From the NCBI RefSeq assembly GCF_009834535.1, contig NC_045696.1, positions 100,938,001 through 101,002,000 of the forward strand: a stretch of DNA of 64,000 nt, read 5' to 3'. The DNA is from Camelus ferus (taxonomy: Eukaryota). The notes under the pieces are model-generated. The model did not search any database. It saw nothing but the letters and a program-made list of their open reading frames with translations, and was not told where the DNA came from. A program made the translations under genes and the position numbers. Below are positions 1 to 12,199 of the stretch, one piece after another; position 1 is the stretch's first letter; each line of letters starts with the position of its first letter.

Positions 1-99
1 CTATTTCTGAACCCATCAGGCATTCCTGCCTCCTCCCCAAGTATTAATGTCTTTTTCTGTGTTACCATCTCTCAGCTTCCCTAAAAGCATCACTTTTTG

Positions 100-570
100 T
101 TGCCATTTTCCCAAAAGACTGTTGCTTTTTTGCTTTGGTGAGATAAGGGAGAAGGGGTAAGGAAGAATTCTGTGACTCTTTCTTGATTCCTGCTATTCCC
201 CTCTCCCATACCTTCACTTAGTTGGTAACTTTTTCAGGAGTCTAGTCTTCCCTGATGGGCCTGGTCATGGGAATAAAAGCTTGCAAGAAGGTATATCTTC
301 TTCACATCCTATGCATATACCACCTTCAGAATTTACCAGTACTTCAGTTGTTCTAACTCAACTCATTTTAGGGTCCAGCTGCATTATCCCAAGTTAAGCA
401 AATGTTTGCAACCCTCTCTCCCTGCTGGCACATGTCTTTCCTAGACTTCAAGTTAGCTCATCTCTCTGGGTTCAAAAAAAGCTATGACAACTTGTAGCTT
501 ATCTGATTTGTTTCTCTGTATATGGTTGACCGCTGATCTTTCTAGCTCTTTACATCCCCAGCAGAAAGTT
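100..570 (-). mobile_element. Old L1M 5'-end fragment
   Basis: Stretches such as GCTTTTTTGCTTTGGTGAGATAAGG and CTAGCTCTTTACATCCCCAGCAGAAA resemble the reverse complement of ancient L1M 5' UTR consensus; highly diverged, boundaries approximate. Confidence 0.4.
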
Positions 571-635
571 TGATTTTGAAAGCCACATAATTCATTATTA
601 AAAAAAAAAAAAAAACTTAGAGTAGTGAAACAGAA

Positions 636-820
636 TAACTAACATTTATTGGCATCTGCAATGTGTCAGACACAATTCAGACTGCTATTTGCATATGGCA
701 TTGTGTTTAATTTTTATAACATTTCCACTTTACAAATAGGACCCTAAACTCCCCGTGAAGGTAAGAATACTGTTAAGACATTAAAGAAGTAATTGTGGTT
801 TTGAGCCCTTATCTGTCTTA
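636..820 (-). mobile_element. MIR SINE
   Basis: AACATTTATTGGCATCTGCAATGTGTCAGACAC...CCACTTTACAAATAGG resembles the reverse complement of the MIR 3' end and core. Confidence 0.6.
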
Positions 821-1768
821 CTGAGAAATGCCACATTGTGCTACAGCTGTTATTTTCATGCATTAAAAATTGGAAGAGTCAAAAAAAGCTTATTTAAAAA
901 TAATGCATTATTAAAGCATGTAAATATAGCAAAGAATATACTACTGCTAATTTTATTAGAAAATTATCCACTAAAATACTATTTATTAATGCCAGAAATC
1001 ATGTAGGATTCAGTATAGGGTCCAAACTGCAAATCTAGGCTCTTACAAAAGATAAAAAATGAACAGCCAAAACGACACACATTGTAATGTTCTCTTTTCA
1101 CCTTTCTCCTCCAACAAATGCAGTTATCAATTCTCTACCTACAAGATTAAAACATAAGGTGTATGAATTAAATTTTGTATATTGGAAACATTTAGATATT
1201 CCATGGTATGTCAGCAAAACATTTTGTGAACCAGTGAAGCATACACTGACTTTTTAGTTACCACTATTGAAAAGTCAATAATGTTTACAAAAGAAAATAA
1301 ACTTTATGCTGAATGTTTTATCATTTGACTTTCAGCTCTAGTAGAGCTGTTTATGTAACATGTATTTGAGAATACACTGCCATACTTTCAACATTTTTGA
1401 AGTTAGATAATTCTCAGAGTATTTCTCTAAATCTGATGCAACTTTTATAACCTAACAGTTATAGTGTTTCTGTTCTGAAGATGGACAAATTTAGAAATGT
1501 TCCAGCTGTCTATGAAGCTCAAATTGTTTATTGGAAAGGACTATGTGACTGAATTTTTCTTCAAATTCATAGTTAGGATATCAGACACTGAGATATCTTA
1601 ATACATAAAGATTTTCAGCATGCAGAAATATCTCGACATTATGTTGAGTGCTACCATTAAGAATAAAAAAAACTTCACTATTTTCCAGAATCATAAAGTT
1701 AACACATGTATTTAGTAGTATCTAAGTTGAAAGAGTGAAAAACTCTAAGAATTTCCTTCATCACTATT

Positions 1769-2626
1769 TGTGGTTGACTGAAAAATGGTCCACCCAAAGA
1801 TATGCATGTCCTAATCACTGGAACTGGTGTATGTTACTTTACAAAGCAGAGTCTTTGCAGATGGGATGAAGTTAAGGATCCTGAAATGCGGATGCTATGG
1901 TCTGAATATCTGTGACCCCAAAACTTATATATTGAATCCTAATGCCCAATGTGATAGTATTAGGAAGTATGGTCTTTGGGAGCTTAGATCATGAGGGTGG
2001 AGCCCTCATGAATGGGATTAGTGTTCTTGTAAAAGAGACCCCACAGAGCCCTAGCCTCTTCCACCATGTGAAGACACAGTAGAAGTTGCCATCTATAAAC
2101 CAAGGAATGGGTCCTCAACAGCCACCACACCTAATCTGTTGGTACCATGATCTTGGACTTACCAGCCACTAGAACTGTAAGAAATAATTTTATGTTGTTT
2201 ATAAGCCATTCAGTCTGTGGTATTTTATAATAGAAGCCTGAACAGACTAAGTCAGGGTAGACTCTCCTGGGTTATCCAGGGGCATCCTAAATGCAATCAT
2301 ATGTATCCTTATAATAGGGAGGCAGAAGATGTCACACACACACAAATGAGAAGACCATGTGAATACAGGGCAAAAAGATTTGAAAATGCTGGTCTTGAAC
2401 TTTAGAGTGATGTGATCAGAAGCCAAGGAGTGCCGGCAGCCACCGGAAGATGGAAAATGCAAAGAATGAATTCTCCCCTAGACTCTCTGGAGGGAGTACA
2501 GTGGTTTTGGCCTAGTGATACTGATTTCAGACTTCTGGCCTCCAGACTGTGAAAGAATAAATTTCTGTTGTTTAAAGCCACAAAGTTTGTGGTAGTTTGC
2601 TACAGAAGACACAGGGAATTAAAACA
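1769..2626 (+). mobile_element. MaLR solo LTR, MLT1C-like, interrupted by an MLT1A0-like LTR
   Basis: Starts TGTGGTTGACTG...CCCAAAGATATGCATGTCCTAATC, ends ...AATAAATTTCTGTTGTTTAAAGCC...GGAATTAAAACA; perfect 5-bp TSD CTATT at 1764-1768 and 2627-2631. Confidence 0.9.
1893..2254 (+). mobile_element. MaLR solo LTR, MLT1A0-like (nested)
   Basis: TGCTATGGTCTGAAT...CATGAGGGTGGAGCCCTCATGAATGGGATTAGTG...AACAGACTAAGTCA, typical of MLT1A/A0; flanks GCGGA and GGGTA fit a decayed GGGGA TSD. Confidence 0.9.
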
Positions 2627-3805
2627 CTATTTTAAAAATAACATGTATTCAAAGTACACTCATGTATAAATATTTCGTAAAGTACCACTAGCCTGAATTA
2701 GCTCGAGATGTTGGCCTGCTTTCATTCTGCTAAAGAGGATTTCTACACTTAGAATACTGCTATAAGCATCCATATGGTTTATAGGTAGTTGATGATTAGA
2801 CAAAGTTATTACAGTTTACTTGGCTCAAGAATTAATTTGAATTTCATCTCAGATAGGAAAAAGGACTTCTACTGTTTTTAACTGTAGTTGAACGATTGCA
2901 TGGTCTCATATTGGCTCTCAAATACTTTATTCTATAAAAATTAATCCTTTACAACTATCATGTCAACATTTTCCACTTCTCTTCACAATCTGTGATGTAA
3001 ATTAAGTGTAAAACTATAATCAGTATGTTGCTTGTGCTGACTTTGTCATGCTAAATATGAAAACAGAATAATGTGATAATAATATACACTAAATGGTGAG
3101 TAATACAGAATTAAATTCTCTGACAGTATGATTAAAAATGGCACAAATTTTAGTGACATCTATCTACAAAATAATAGGTAACAAGATAGAAATGATGATC
3201 TTGAAAAGTACGCAGAGATGGTTAAACAAATCTTTTTAATATCCTTCTAAAGAAATAAAGGTAATTTTAAATTATTTATTTTCTTTCTTTTGTGCTCAAG
3301 AATTGTTTTGCTTAGCTGTTTCACAGAAGAAATGCATCTAAAACTAATTCTTATTTATTTTTTAAAATTTTATTTATTAAAATGAACTATCACAAGACAA
3401 TGAATAGCTCAATCAAATGGTTAAGTCATTTCTGCTTCTCCAGTAAAATTAAACTAGCTTGTATTCAAAGAATGATCAAAAATGCAAAACAACATAGTGA
3501 TGAAATTTAAGGATAAGTATTTAACTTGAGAAGTAATATCAGGTGCTTATTTATCCTATGTTGGAAACCAAATTAACTAAGGCCTTAGCAAAATCCGTAT
3601 TTTAAAGATAACATATAAAATATTTTGGTGAGAACATCTTTTAAAATTGTGAAACCATCATGATAGACCTCAATTCTGTAGAATAATGCCAAAAAGGGAA
3701 ACTAAATGATAGCAAATAATTATGAAAATTAAATTGAATAAAGTGATAATATGATGCTGTTAATAAATTGTAATACAATGAAATTCTCTGTGAGCATCTT
3801 TTAGA

Positions 3806-3960
3806 GTGATGCTTTTCAGACCTGAATATGCACTCAAATCAACCATGGATCCTGTTAAGATGCATTTTCTAATTCATGGGATCTGAGATTTTGTATTTCT
3901 GACTAACAGTCAAATGATGCTGAGGCTTCTGGTCCGTGGCCCAGGATTTGGTAGAGAAGT
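3806..3960. mobile_element. MER5-family hAT-Charlie MITE (MER5B-like)
   Basis: GATCCTGTTAAGATGCATTTTCTAATTC...GAGATTTTGTATTTCTGAC...TGATGCTGAGGCTTCTGGTCCGTGGCCCA resembles MER5 consensus. Confidence 0.65.
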
Positions 3961-5274
3961 GCTCAGGAGATGAGAAAGAGGAGCCCTATTTATCCCATGT
4001 TTCCTCATGATCTAAATTCAGCATGCAAATATCCTTGCGTTTCACGTTAAATGGAGCCTCAAGTGGAAAAGCACATAATCAACGCCCACAAAACTATATA
4101 ATGAGCGTTAATTGACTAAGTTCTCCTTGTGTTAATTAAGACGCAGGAGTATTATCTGATGTCAAGAGAACAGGTCTCTGTAAAACCCTGTGAGTAAAAG
4201 TGCCAGAAGTGCCTGAAGTGAACTTTTAGGCACTTCCTCACTGATGTATGGTTGAATGTCCTCGTCAATATTTCTAGGGCCTTAACAAAAAGATGAAGGA
4301 GAACTCCAAACAGGTATCTGTACACTGCAAAGTACTTAAGTTCAAAATGACTATTCCTATATGTAATTTGTGTTAATATCAACTCTCATTTGAGAGTCCT
4401 AAACAGAAAAGAGGAAAGATGGAAGACTTTATGCAGTATCATATAGCACAGCAACTTGAGTTACAGATTTAAAAAAAATTTCACTCTGAATTTGGCACAA
4501 ATGACTGTAGTCTGAGTTTAAGGAGCAAAACACATATTTCACTTTTATAAAAATAAAATAGTGAAACATATGGCACCAATATTATGTCTTATTTTCAACA
4601 TATCTTGTTGAAGTTAGATGAGTGTCATAGATACATTAAATATTAATGTCAAAGAACCTTAACGATAATCTAGGTAAGGAAATATTGGCCAAAGGGGCTA
4701 ATTAATTGATTCTCCCAGAGAAGACCTTAGAGAGAATTGCAAAACCAGGAATAGATCCCAGTTCTGCTAATTGCTCCTGAGGATTCCAACTCTGAGTTAC
4801 ATAAAAACTTCAAATTTGATTCTTTACTAGTTCTCCTAATCTCTAAACTGACACTCATCATGCACACACGTAAATATCTGCAGCAGATACAGATTCTTAA
4901 GAATCAATTGATCATGCTTTCTGACAGAGCCTAAACTCTAGCCTTTCCTGATCTACCTGAAGAAATTATAGAAGATGAGTATCAAAAATATTTACAGTTA
5001 TTTGAGAATACAAAAAGAAACACTTTGTCAGTGTACTGATATATGAATGTATCAGGAATTTTGAAAAATGGCCACCAAATATTGAAGGTAGGTGATCTCA
5101 GTTTGAAGCAGGGAGTCAAAATCACATTACAAATAAGAGAAAAGAAACTGCTGCCTCAGAATCTGAGTATCATTCATGTAACAGCTGATCAACACATATC
5201 CATTTTACTTTTTCTAGTAGCCAACTTTTCATAAAGGCCTTAGTACATTATGAAATTTTTCAGACATGGTTTTA

Positions 5275-5640
5275 ATAGTAAGATAGGATGAAATACGCTA
5301 CAGTAACAAATTAATGTTGATATGTGAGCAGCTTCATGCAGCAAGTTTATTTCTCACTTTTGCAAATTCTCTTATGTGTCAGATAAAAGAGAAAAAGGCT
5401 ACCCTGATTGTCTCTCAGAGTTAATTATGTATTATTTTTAGAGCTGTGTTCACTGTGGTTGTGTCTAACACTATTAGTTGAAACCATGCCAGACAATTGA
5501 GGTACAAAGGGCAGATCTATTAATCCCATTCTGGCTTATTTTATTACAACTAGTAATAATATTATTTCCCTGGAAAAACAACAGACCCAGGACCAGTGCT
5601 AAGCTGAATGGTATGCCAGAAGAAAAGGAGCTAACTGGGA
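5275..5640 (-). mobile_element. Old MaLR LTR fragment (MLT1K/L-like)
   Basis: GATAGGATGAAATACGCTACAGTAACAAA...GCAAGTTTATTTCTCAC resembles the reverse of the MLT1K-type 3' end. Confidence 0.5.
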
Positions 5641-7055
5641 CTGTGCTAGATAAATTAGAACGTTTAGTCTTTCAATTCTAAACCACTGAAGATCTTTTAA
5701 CTAAAATAATTGCATCAATAATCAAACACCCATTTCTTACACATTGTAACCAGTATTGCTTATCTTCAATCATTATTGTTACTTCTTCCCTCCATAACAA
5801 ACATATTCCTTCTGATCACTTCTTGCTGCAATGAGTTTCCTTTCTTTCCTATTCTTTCCTTTCCCTTTAGGGAGAAGGATAGCCATGGTATCCTTGGAAG
5901 CAAAACATTTAGGCAGAGTACAGCACATAAGAAGACAGGAGGCATTCTTGCTTCCCCCAAAACATGAATTCTGCTCTCTTCTTTTTCCAACAAACTTAAC
6001 TGAACACCAGAAAAAAATTAATTAATTAATCAATATTAGAAATAACAATGTAAACCTTTGTGTCCATAGCCATGAAACCACACAGCCTCTATTAAAAATT
6101 GCAAATTGTAAAGTGAAAGACTCACAAAGTAGTTATAACTTAGATTGTTTCTTTCTGTAGAATGGCATTTTTTTCCTCCAAACTGATAAAAACTTATTTT
6201 AATCTTTGTCTAATTTTTTCAGTCTAAAAGTGGTGCTGCTCAATGTAATAATTTTTATTCTTTATTAAAAAGATTCTTAGATAAAGGAAAAGGAAGGTGT
6301 AAAGGTGACTACAGAGCATCTAACTTCATTTCTGCCAGGCATATATTTTTAAAAACCCATTATGGAAGACATCTATTCATAATAGTCAGCTATCCAGGAA
6401 GTTACAGTCTAGAACACTCCACTAAGAAATAATCCACGCAGAAAGATACTTGCTTTTAAGAAATAACTTGCTTTAGGTATCTTCTATCCTGGTTGTCATA
6501 GAAGTAAGATCTCATGAAGATTTTTTGAATGCAAGTTCTGGTCCAGTCCTCTTCTAGATGTAAGTTTTGGTGAAAATATTGGAATTGGGGGAAATAAAAG
6601 AGCTCATGGTGACTTAGGTTTCAGAGCCCATGGGTGATTTAAAGACATTATTAGTACCAGGGTCTATCAAATTATTAGTTAAGCATCTTTAATTACAAAA
6701 TTCATACAATTACTCCTAATGAAAACTTTATAACAAATTACCAACAGCGTGAGTTTTAGAACATAAACACTGGGGAACCCATTTAACTTAATGATTCGAG
6801 AAAATAGCATGATTTGTTAAATATTATTTATAAAAGTATTTTTCTATAAGCTCTTATTATTATTCTTTTTCACTTTCATCCATCAATAAAGCTTGTCTGC
6901 TCTTCCTGCAGTCCATTCTGATATAGTGTGTATATGGATGTGGAAGGTGTGCATGCAGTTTGATATTCTTTCCAGAGGTCATTGGTTTTTGTATTTGTAT
7001 CAAGAATAAATTTATCACCTCAAATTCAGATTGCAAAACGTCATTCATCCCTTCT

Positions 7056-8037
7056 GCTCTTCCAAAGACACTGATAAGAGAGTGAAAAGACAAGCCATGG
7101 ACTGGGAGACAGTATTTTCAACTCACATATCTGATATAGAATCTGTACCCAGAATATATGGAAAGTTCTCAAAATTCAATAATAAAGAAATAAGCCAATT
7201 TAAAATGGACAAAAGATGTAATATGGACAGATGCTTCAGCAAAGAAGATAGAAGGACGGTGAATAATACATGAAAGATGCTTAGCAACTTTCGGCATTAG
7301 GGAAATGCAAATTAAACCCACATTGAAACACCAATACAATCCTATCAGAATGACTAGGTATATACAGCCTGATCATATCAAATGCTGGTGAAGATATGAA
7401 GGGATTGAAACTTGATGATGTAAGAATGCAAAATGACTCAATAACTTTGGAAAACAATTTGGCACTTTTCTTAACGTTAAACATACACCTACCACATGGT
7501 CTACTACCAGTCGTTCTAATACTAGTTCACTGAAGAGGAATGAACCATATATCCATACAGACTTGTACATAAATATCCAAAGTAGCTTTATGTTTCATAG
7601 CCCCAAATTGGAAACAACTTGAAAATCCATAAACCCATAAGTGGATGAACAAAAATGAAATGCTGCTGAGGAATAAAAAGAAACTAACTATTGACATATA
7701 CAACATGAATAGATTTCAACATCATTGTGCTGAGTGAAAGGAGCCAGACGCCCACCGTCTCATGAAATGATACATACTATATCATTCCATTTATGTAAAA
7801 TTCTAGACAGAGACAAACTAATCTAAAGTAAGAGAAGGAATGTCAGGGGTTGGCTGAGGATGGCCGAGGCAAGGAGGTACTAAAAGGAAGGATTAGAGAG
7901 GGATAGGAGGAAACCTCTGGGGAGATGGCTATATGCTTGTCGTTTTGACTGTGGTATTGGTTCTACAGGTCAAAACCTATGAATTGTACACTTTAAATAT
8001 GTGCAGTTTATTTCATGTCAATTATATCTCAATAAAC
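7056..8037 (+). mobile_element. L1 (L1MC/L1ME-type) ORF2 C-terminus and 3' UTR
   Basis: ORF 7031-7273 contains decayed ORF2 motifs (KRVKRQAMDWETVFSTHISD); 3' UTR ends GTACACTTTAAATATGTGCAGTTTATTTCATGTCAATTATATCTCAATAAA. Confidence 0.9.
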
Positions 8038-8857
8038 CATATCATTTATTATTATTTTTCCCTCCTAGTAGGCTATGGGAAAATCCAATACCAACCCTTT
8101 GTGGTATCATGTGACATTTTTAGGGATATCTTTGTAAGAGTATAATACTTTTATGCTTCAGTCTATGTTAATTAGATCTGAGGTGCCCATGATCGGAATC
8201 ACTGTTATTCAGGGATGCCTTATTTTTATCCTAAATCATGCAATATTTGTCATGAATATTTATAGTTCTCATGACAGCAACTCATATAGTCAATAGAAAC
8301 TAACATAATTTATAATATAGATAATTGGATACAAAAAGATTACATTATTTTTTCAACATTAATGGCATTTGTTAATTTTTTACTTGTTTATAGAGATTTT
8401 GTGACCAAATAACATTTACTGGAAGTTACAAAATGATATGTTGAAACTAAATATAAACAGTAATAACATACAGTCAATGAAAACTATATAAGTAAATATA
8501 AATGTTGGTGTTTTCAAGTACTCAGAAATAATTTTGCAATAAAAATAATTATATAAATAGCTGACTAAAGAATTCCTTAAATTCCCTGTTCTCTACTTAT
8601 GCCTTCAATTTGACGCATAGTACCAACACACCACATTAAATAAATGCCATAAATGTTCAATAAATGCAATACATCTTTACTTGATGTAATCAGGATTTTA
8701 GCTTTTCCAGGTAAGTGACCTGCTTAGGTAACTTTAAATTCTATTTGTACAAGTGCCCCAAACTTCTTCATTCATGATTTATTTTGGAAGTGTACCATCT
8801 AAAATGCATTTCTTACCTTTCTACCTTCTATCCAGAGCATAAGCAACTGAATCTAGC

Positions 8858-9050
8858 CATTTACTGAGGATACCAAAAATGTATTTCAGAAACTATGCTA
8901 AGTATTGAGCATATATTATCTCCAAACTTCACAATTTTAGCAGTAAATACTCTGAGATATTCAGAAAGCTTAGGTAGCTTTCTGCAAAATTTATAAATCT
9001 GAAATATGAAAGAGAGGAATCTAAATTAAGGTGTGTCAGACACAAAACTT
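8858..9050 (-). mobile_element. MIR SINE
   Basis: CCATTTACTGAG...ACTATGCTAAGTATT...GGAATCTAAATTAAGGTGTGTCAGAC, a degenerate reverse MIR. Confidence 0.55.
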
Positions 9051-11089
9051 TCAAATCTACCCTGCTCCTTCTGCAAACTAAAAAAGTTAGGTATAATAAT
9101 ATGTCTCATTCCAGTGAAAACACTATTTGGAAAAGTTGAATGTTGGAAATAATGAACGTTGAATGAAGTTGACACAATAATTCTATAATTATCTTCTTCT
9201 ACAAGTAGAATCTTTATATAATCCAGTCAACAACTAGAAATATACACGTGTTAAAAAAATTTCATCCTGTGAAATGTCTAGTCAATTAATTATTTACTAA
9301 TACATATATAATATCTATGTAAGAAATCAAGTACTAGTTAATAAACATAACCCTCAATTATTGTATAAAATTTCAATTTGTTGATTTAATTCATTTTGAT
9401 GGTCTTTTTGTTAATAAGCTGACCTAAGAAACAAAGGAAGCTTATGTTTTATGTTTCTTTCTTTGGTATATTTTTTCAATAAATATGGAGTACCTGCTAT
9501 GAATTAGATGATGGGCTTTTAATTTACTGTGAAATGCACACTATTAATACCTCTTCTCATCCCAGGTTGAAGTCCCTTAGGTCTACAGCTTAAAATCATA
9601 ATCCTTTTTATGAAAACAACCTTTGGTTCACATTAGTTCACCAGGTTAAAAATAAAATATCTTGTGAGAAAACTCCCTGCTCTTGGCAAATTATTCGAAG
9701 CTTTATTTGGAATTTAGTAAGTGTCTTTGAATCTCTGTTTATTGATTCCACATGATTAAGCTCCTATGTGGTCAAAATGCACTGGGATTACTGCTCCAAG
9801 GAAAAAGCCTGCATTGCTTCATACTTCTTATCTTTCCAGGTGAACTTTAGTTTGGCTTTCAAGCAAGTTTTTAAGTTTTTTTAAATTCTAGTTTGTTTTG
9901 ATCTTTCATTTTTCTTATTCTTATCGGTACAAATGTGCATGTGTGTGCACGCATGCTTTCTTTCCTCAGTGAAGGTCTGTGTAATTCTTTATATACAGAC
10001 TATTTTATACTCACCTCAAGTTAAATACATTTTAGTTCAAATGTTAACATTTATATTTTGGGACACATATACAATTATGGATTTTAATAGTATCCTACTT
10101 CTTTGCTTATTCAACTCTAAATTATTCTAACCTTTGCAATTTATCAATGAATCGTAGCAGAGGAATCTGGGAGTAAAGGTTTATAATTTTCACTTTTAGC
10201 TATGTAAAATTAGGAGGTTTAATAGAGGAAGGTATCTAAGAAAAATCATTTAAGCAGGACTAGATTCATTGTGACAATAACAAAAAAAAATTCAGCAACC
10301 ACTAGAAAACTACAAAAAATACGTATTTACAATGTCACTGCAGGTTAAAAAAAAAAAGGAATGGAATCAGGCAGGGTTGTGGAGCTGTGGAACACAACCA
10401 AAGTCTATCTATAGAGGGTTGGTCCCACCTCTGAAAGCCTCAGGAAATACTGGAGACAAAGGTCAGGGTTCTAGATTACTGTGCCAAGTTGCACCCACCT
10501 CTGCCAAGCTAGAGGTTCCATTATTGTGATCTGAGTACATGGAATGACATTTGGTTTTGGTTTTGGTTTTGTCCATGTTATAGCTGCGGAGGTGGAGGGA
10601 GGATGCCTCGAGTGGGAAAAAATGAGACAGAAATAAAACAAAATAGATTTAGAGAGAATTTTTCTGGAAGAGAAGTAATATGGGGAAAGCTTCCAATAGC
10701 TGAATTTTGTGCATCATATGCATATAATCTACATCTAAAGAATATGTCCTGCTTTAATGAAATCGCTTATGCCACCTTGTGTAAGGTAAACACATTATTA
10801 CAAGCACAACTGAAGAAAAGCAAACACATAGTCCAAAATAAATCAGAGGAAATCTCCTGTAACATTCTGACCTCATATCTCTTGGGATTCTCAAAAGTAT
10901 AAGCCATTGTTAACTTTCTATAACTGCTTATGTTCTTAAAAGATTATAAAACCTTTGGCAGTATCAGAAATTTAAAGTATATTGACTTGCCTAATACAAC
11001 ACTTTTTCTTGAGCCAACTGGTTTGCTTTCTAATTTTTATCACTGAATGCATCTACAAGGAACAGGTCATTGCAATGTATTTTTTGAAA

Positions 11090-11250
11090 CAGCTTCTTGG
11101 TTCAAGCACTCACTGCATTAAAGCTTAGCTGTATGATTTTACCAATCATAACTTTCTTAGAATTTATTTCTCTCAAGTTCAAATGCAGATAAGAATACAA
11201 TCTACCTCACTAATGTAATTCATTCAAAAGTTATGCACTAAATGGCTATT
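11090..11250 (+). mobile_element. MIR SINE
   Basis: GGTTCAAG...TAGCTGTATGATTTT...AAATGCAGATAAGAATACAATCTACCTCA resembles the MIR core. Confidence 0.5.
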
Positions 11251-11831
11251 TATTTATATCTTGCCATGCCTCATAAAAGACTTAGATGTCTTAGAAAGGT
11301 TCACATCATATATCAAGATAAAATAGCTGATGTTCATTTTTTTAATAGAAAAGATAAGAAAAATGAAATAAAGAGGAAGAGGTATTGACAAATATTGTGG
11401 ACTGTTGAATGAATAACACAAAATGCATCCAAATGTAGGTATTTTTACACAATTGATAGAGTTGGAGTCCAAATTTAGTTTTAGGTTTCTAATAATGAAA
11501 AGATGGGAACAATGACAAGAAAATCAACTTAAGATTCACTAGTTCTGGGCTAAAAATTTCTTACCTGTGTCTTTAAAACACAGAAACTGTATACTGTGAT
11601 CTATAACACTATTCTTTCAGTTAAGTACAGCAGCAGTCTCATTGCATTGGCTTTTTGAATCCAACCTAAGCAGTCACTTCTCACCAAAAATGCACTGCAG
11701 ACAAAGTGAGCCTAGGTGCTCCAGTAAAAAGCAGTCCAGATATCTGACTCACTGCCTGGATCAATCCATGAATAGATTTCAGATTATTTAAAGAAAAGGA
11801 TGGGCTATATTCCTTTTAAAAACAAAAGCTA

Positions 11832-12097
11832 TTTTGTTTAATACAGCTTAATAAAGATTAAGATACAACTGGTGTACAAAAAATTGCACAGAATGTATAT
11901 AATTTGATATTGGACAGATTCATGCATCTGTGAAAGCAGCATCAAAATCAAAGTAATAGACTTATCCATCACCTTCAAAAGTTTCCTTGTGTCCTTTTGG
12001 TTTTTTGTTTGTGTTGGCTATTAATTTTGTGAATGAATACTTAACATGAGATCCACCTTCTTAACAAAATTTTAAGTGCATAATATGGCATGGTACT
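11832..12097 (-). mobile_element. L1 3' end (L1MA9/L1MB-like)
   Basis: CAAAATCAAAGTAATAGACTTATCCATCACCTTCAAAAGTTTCCTTGTGTCC...ACTTAACATGAGATCCACCTTCTTAACAAAATTTTAAGTGCA is a characteristic reverse L1MA/MB 3' UTR. Confidence 0.8.
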
Positions 12098-12199
12098 GGC
12101 ATAAAGACATATAAATATTCCCATTACTATTTTTCTTTGTTTGATACATTATCATCAAGTATTTTAACAGTAATTTTTCATTTCAGATGGATTGTGTTT

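Noticed and set aside
6860..7030. Protein-like minus-strand frames (e.g. DKFILDTNTKTNDLWKEYQTAC)
   Set aside because: No convincing splice sites and no recognisable homology.
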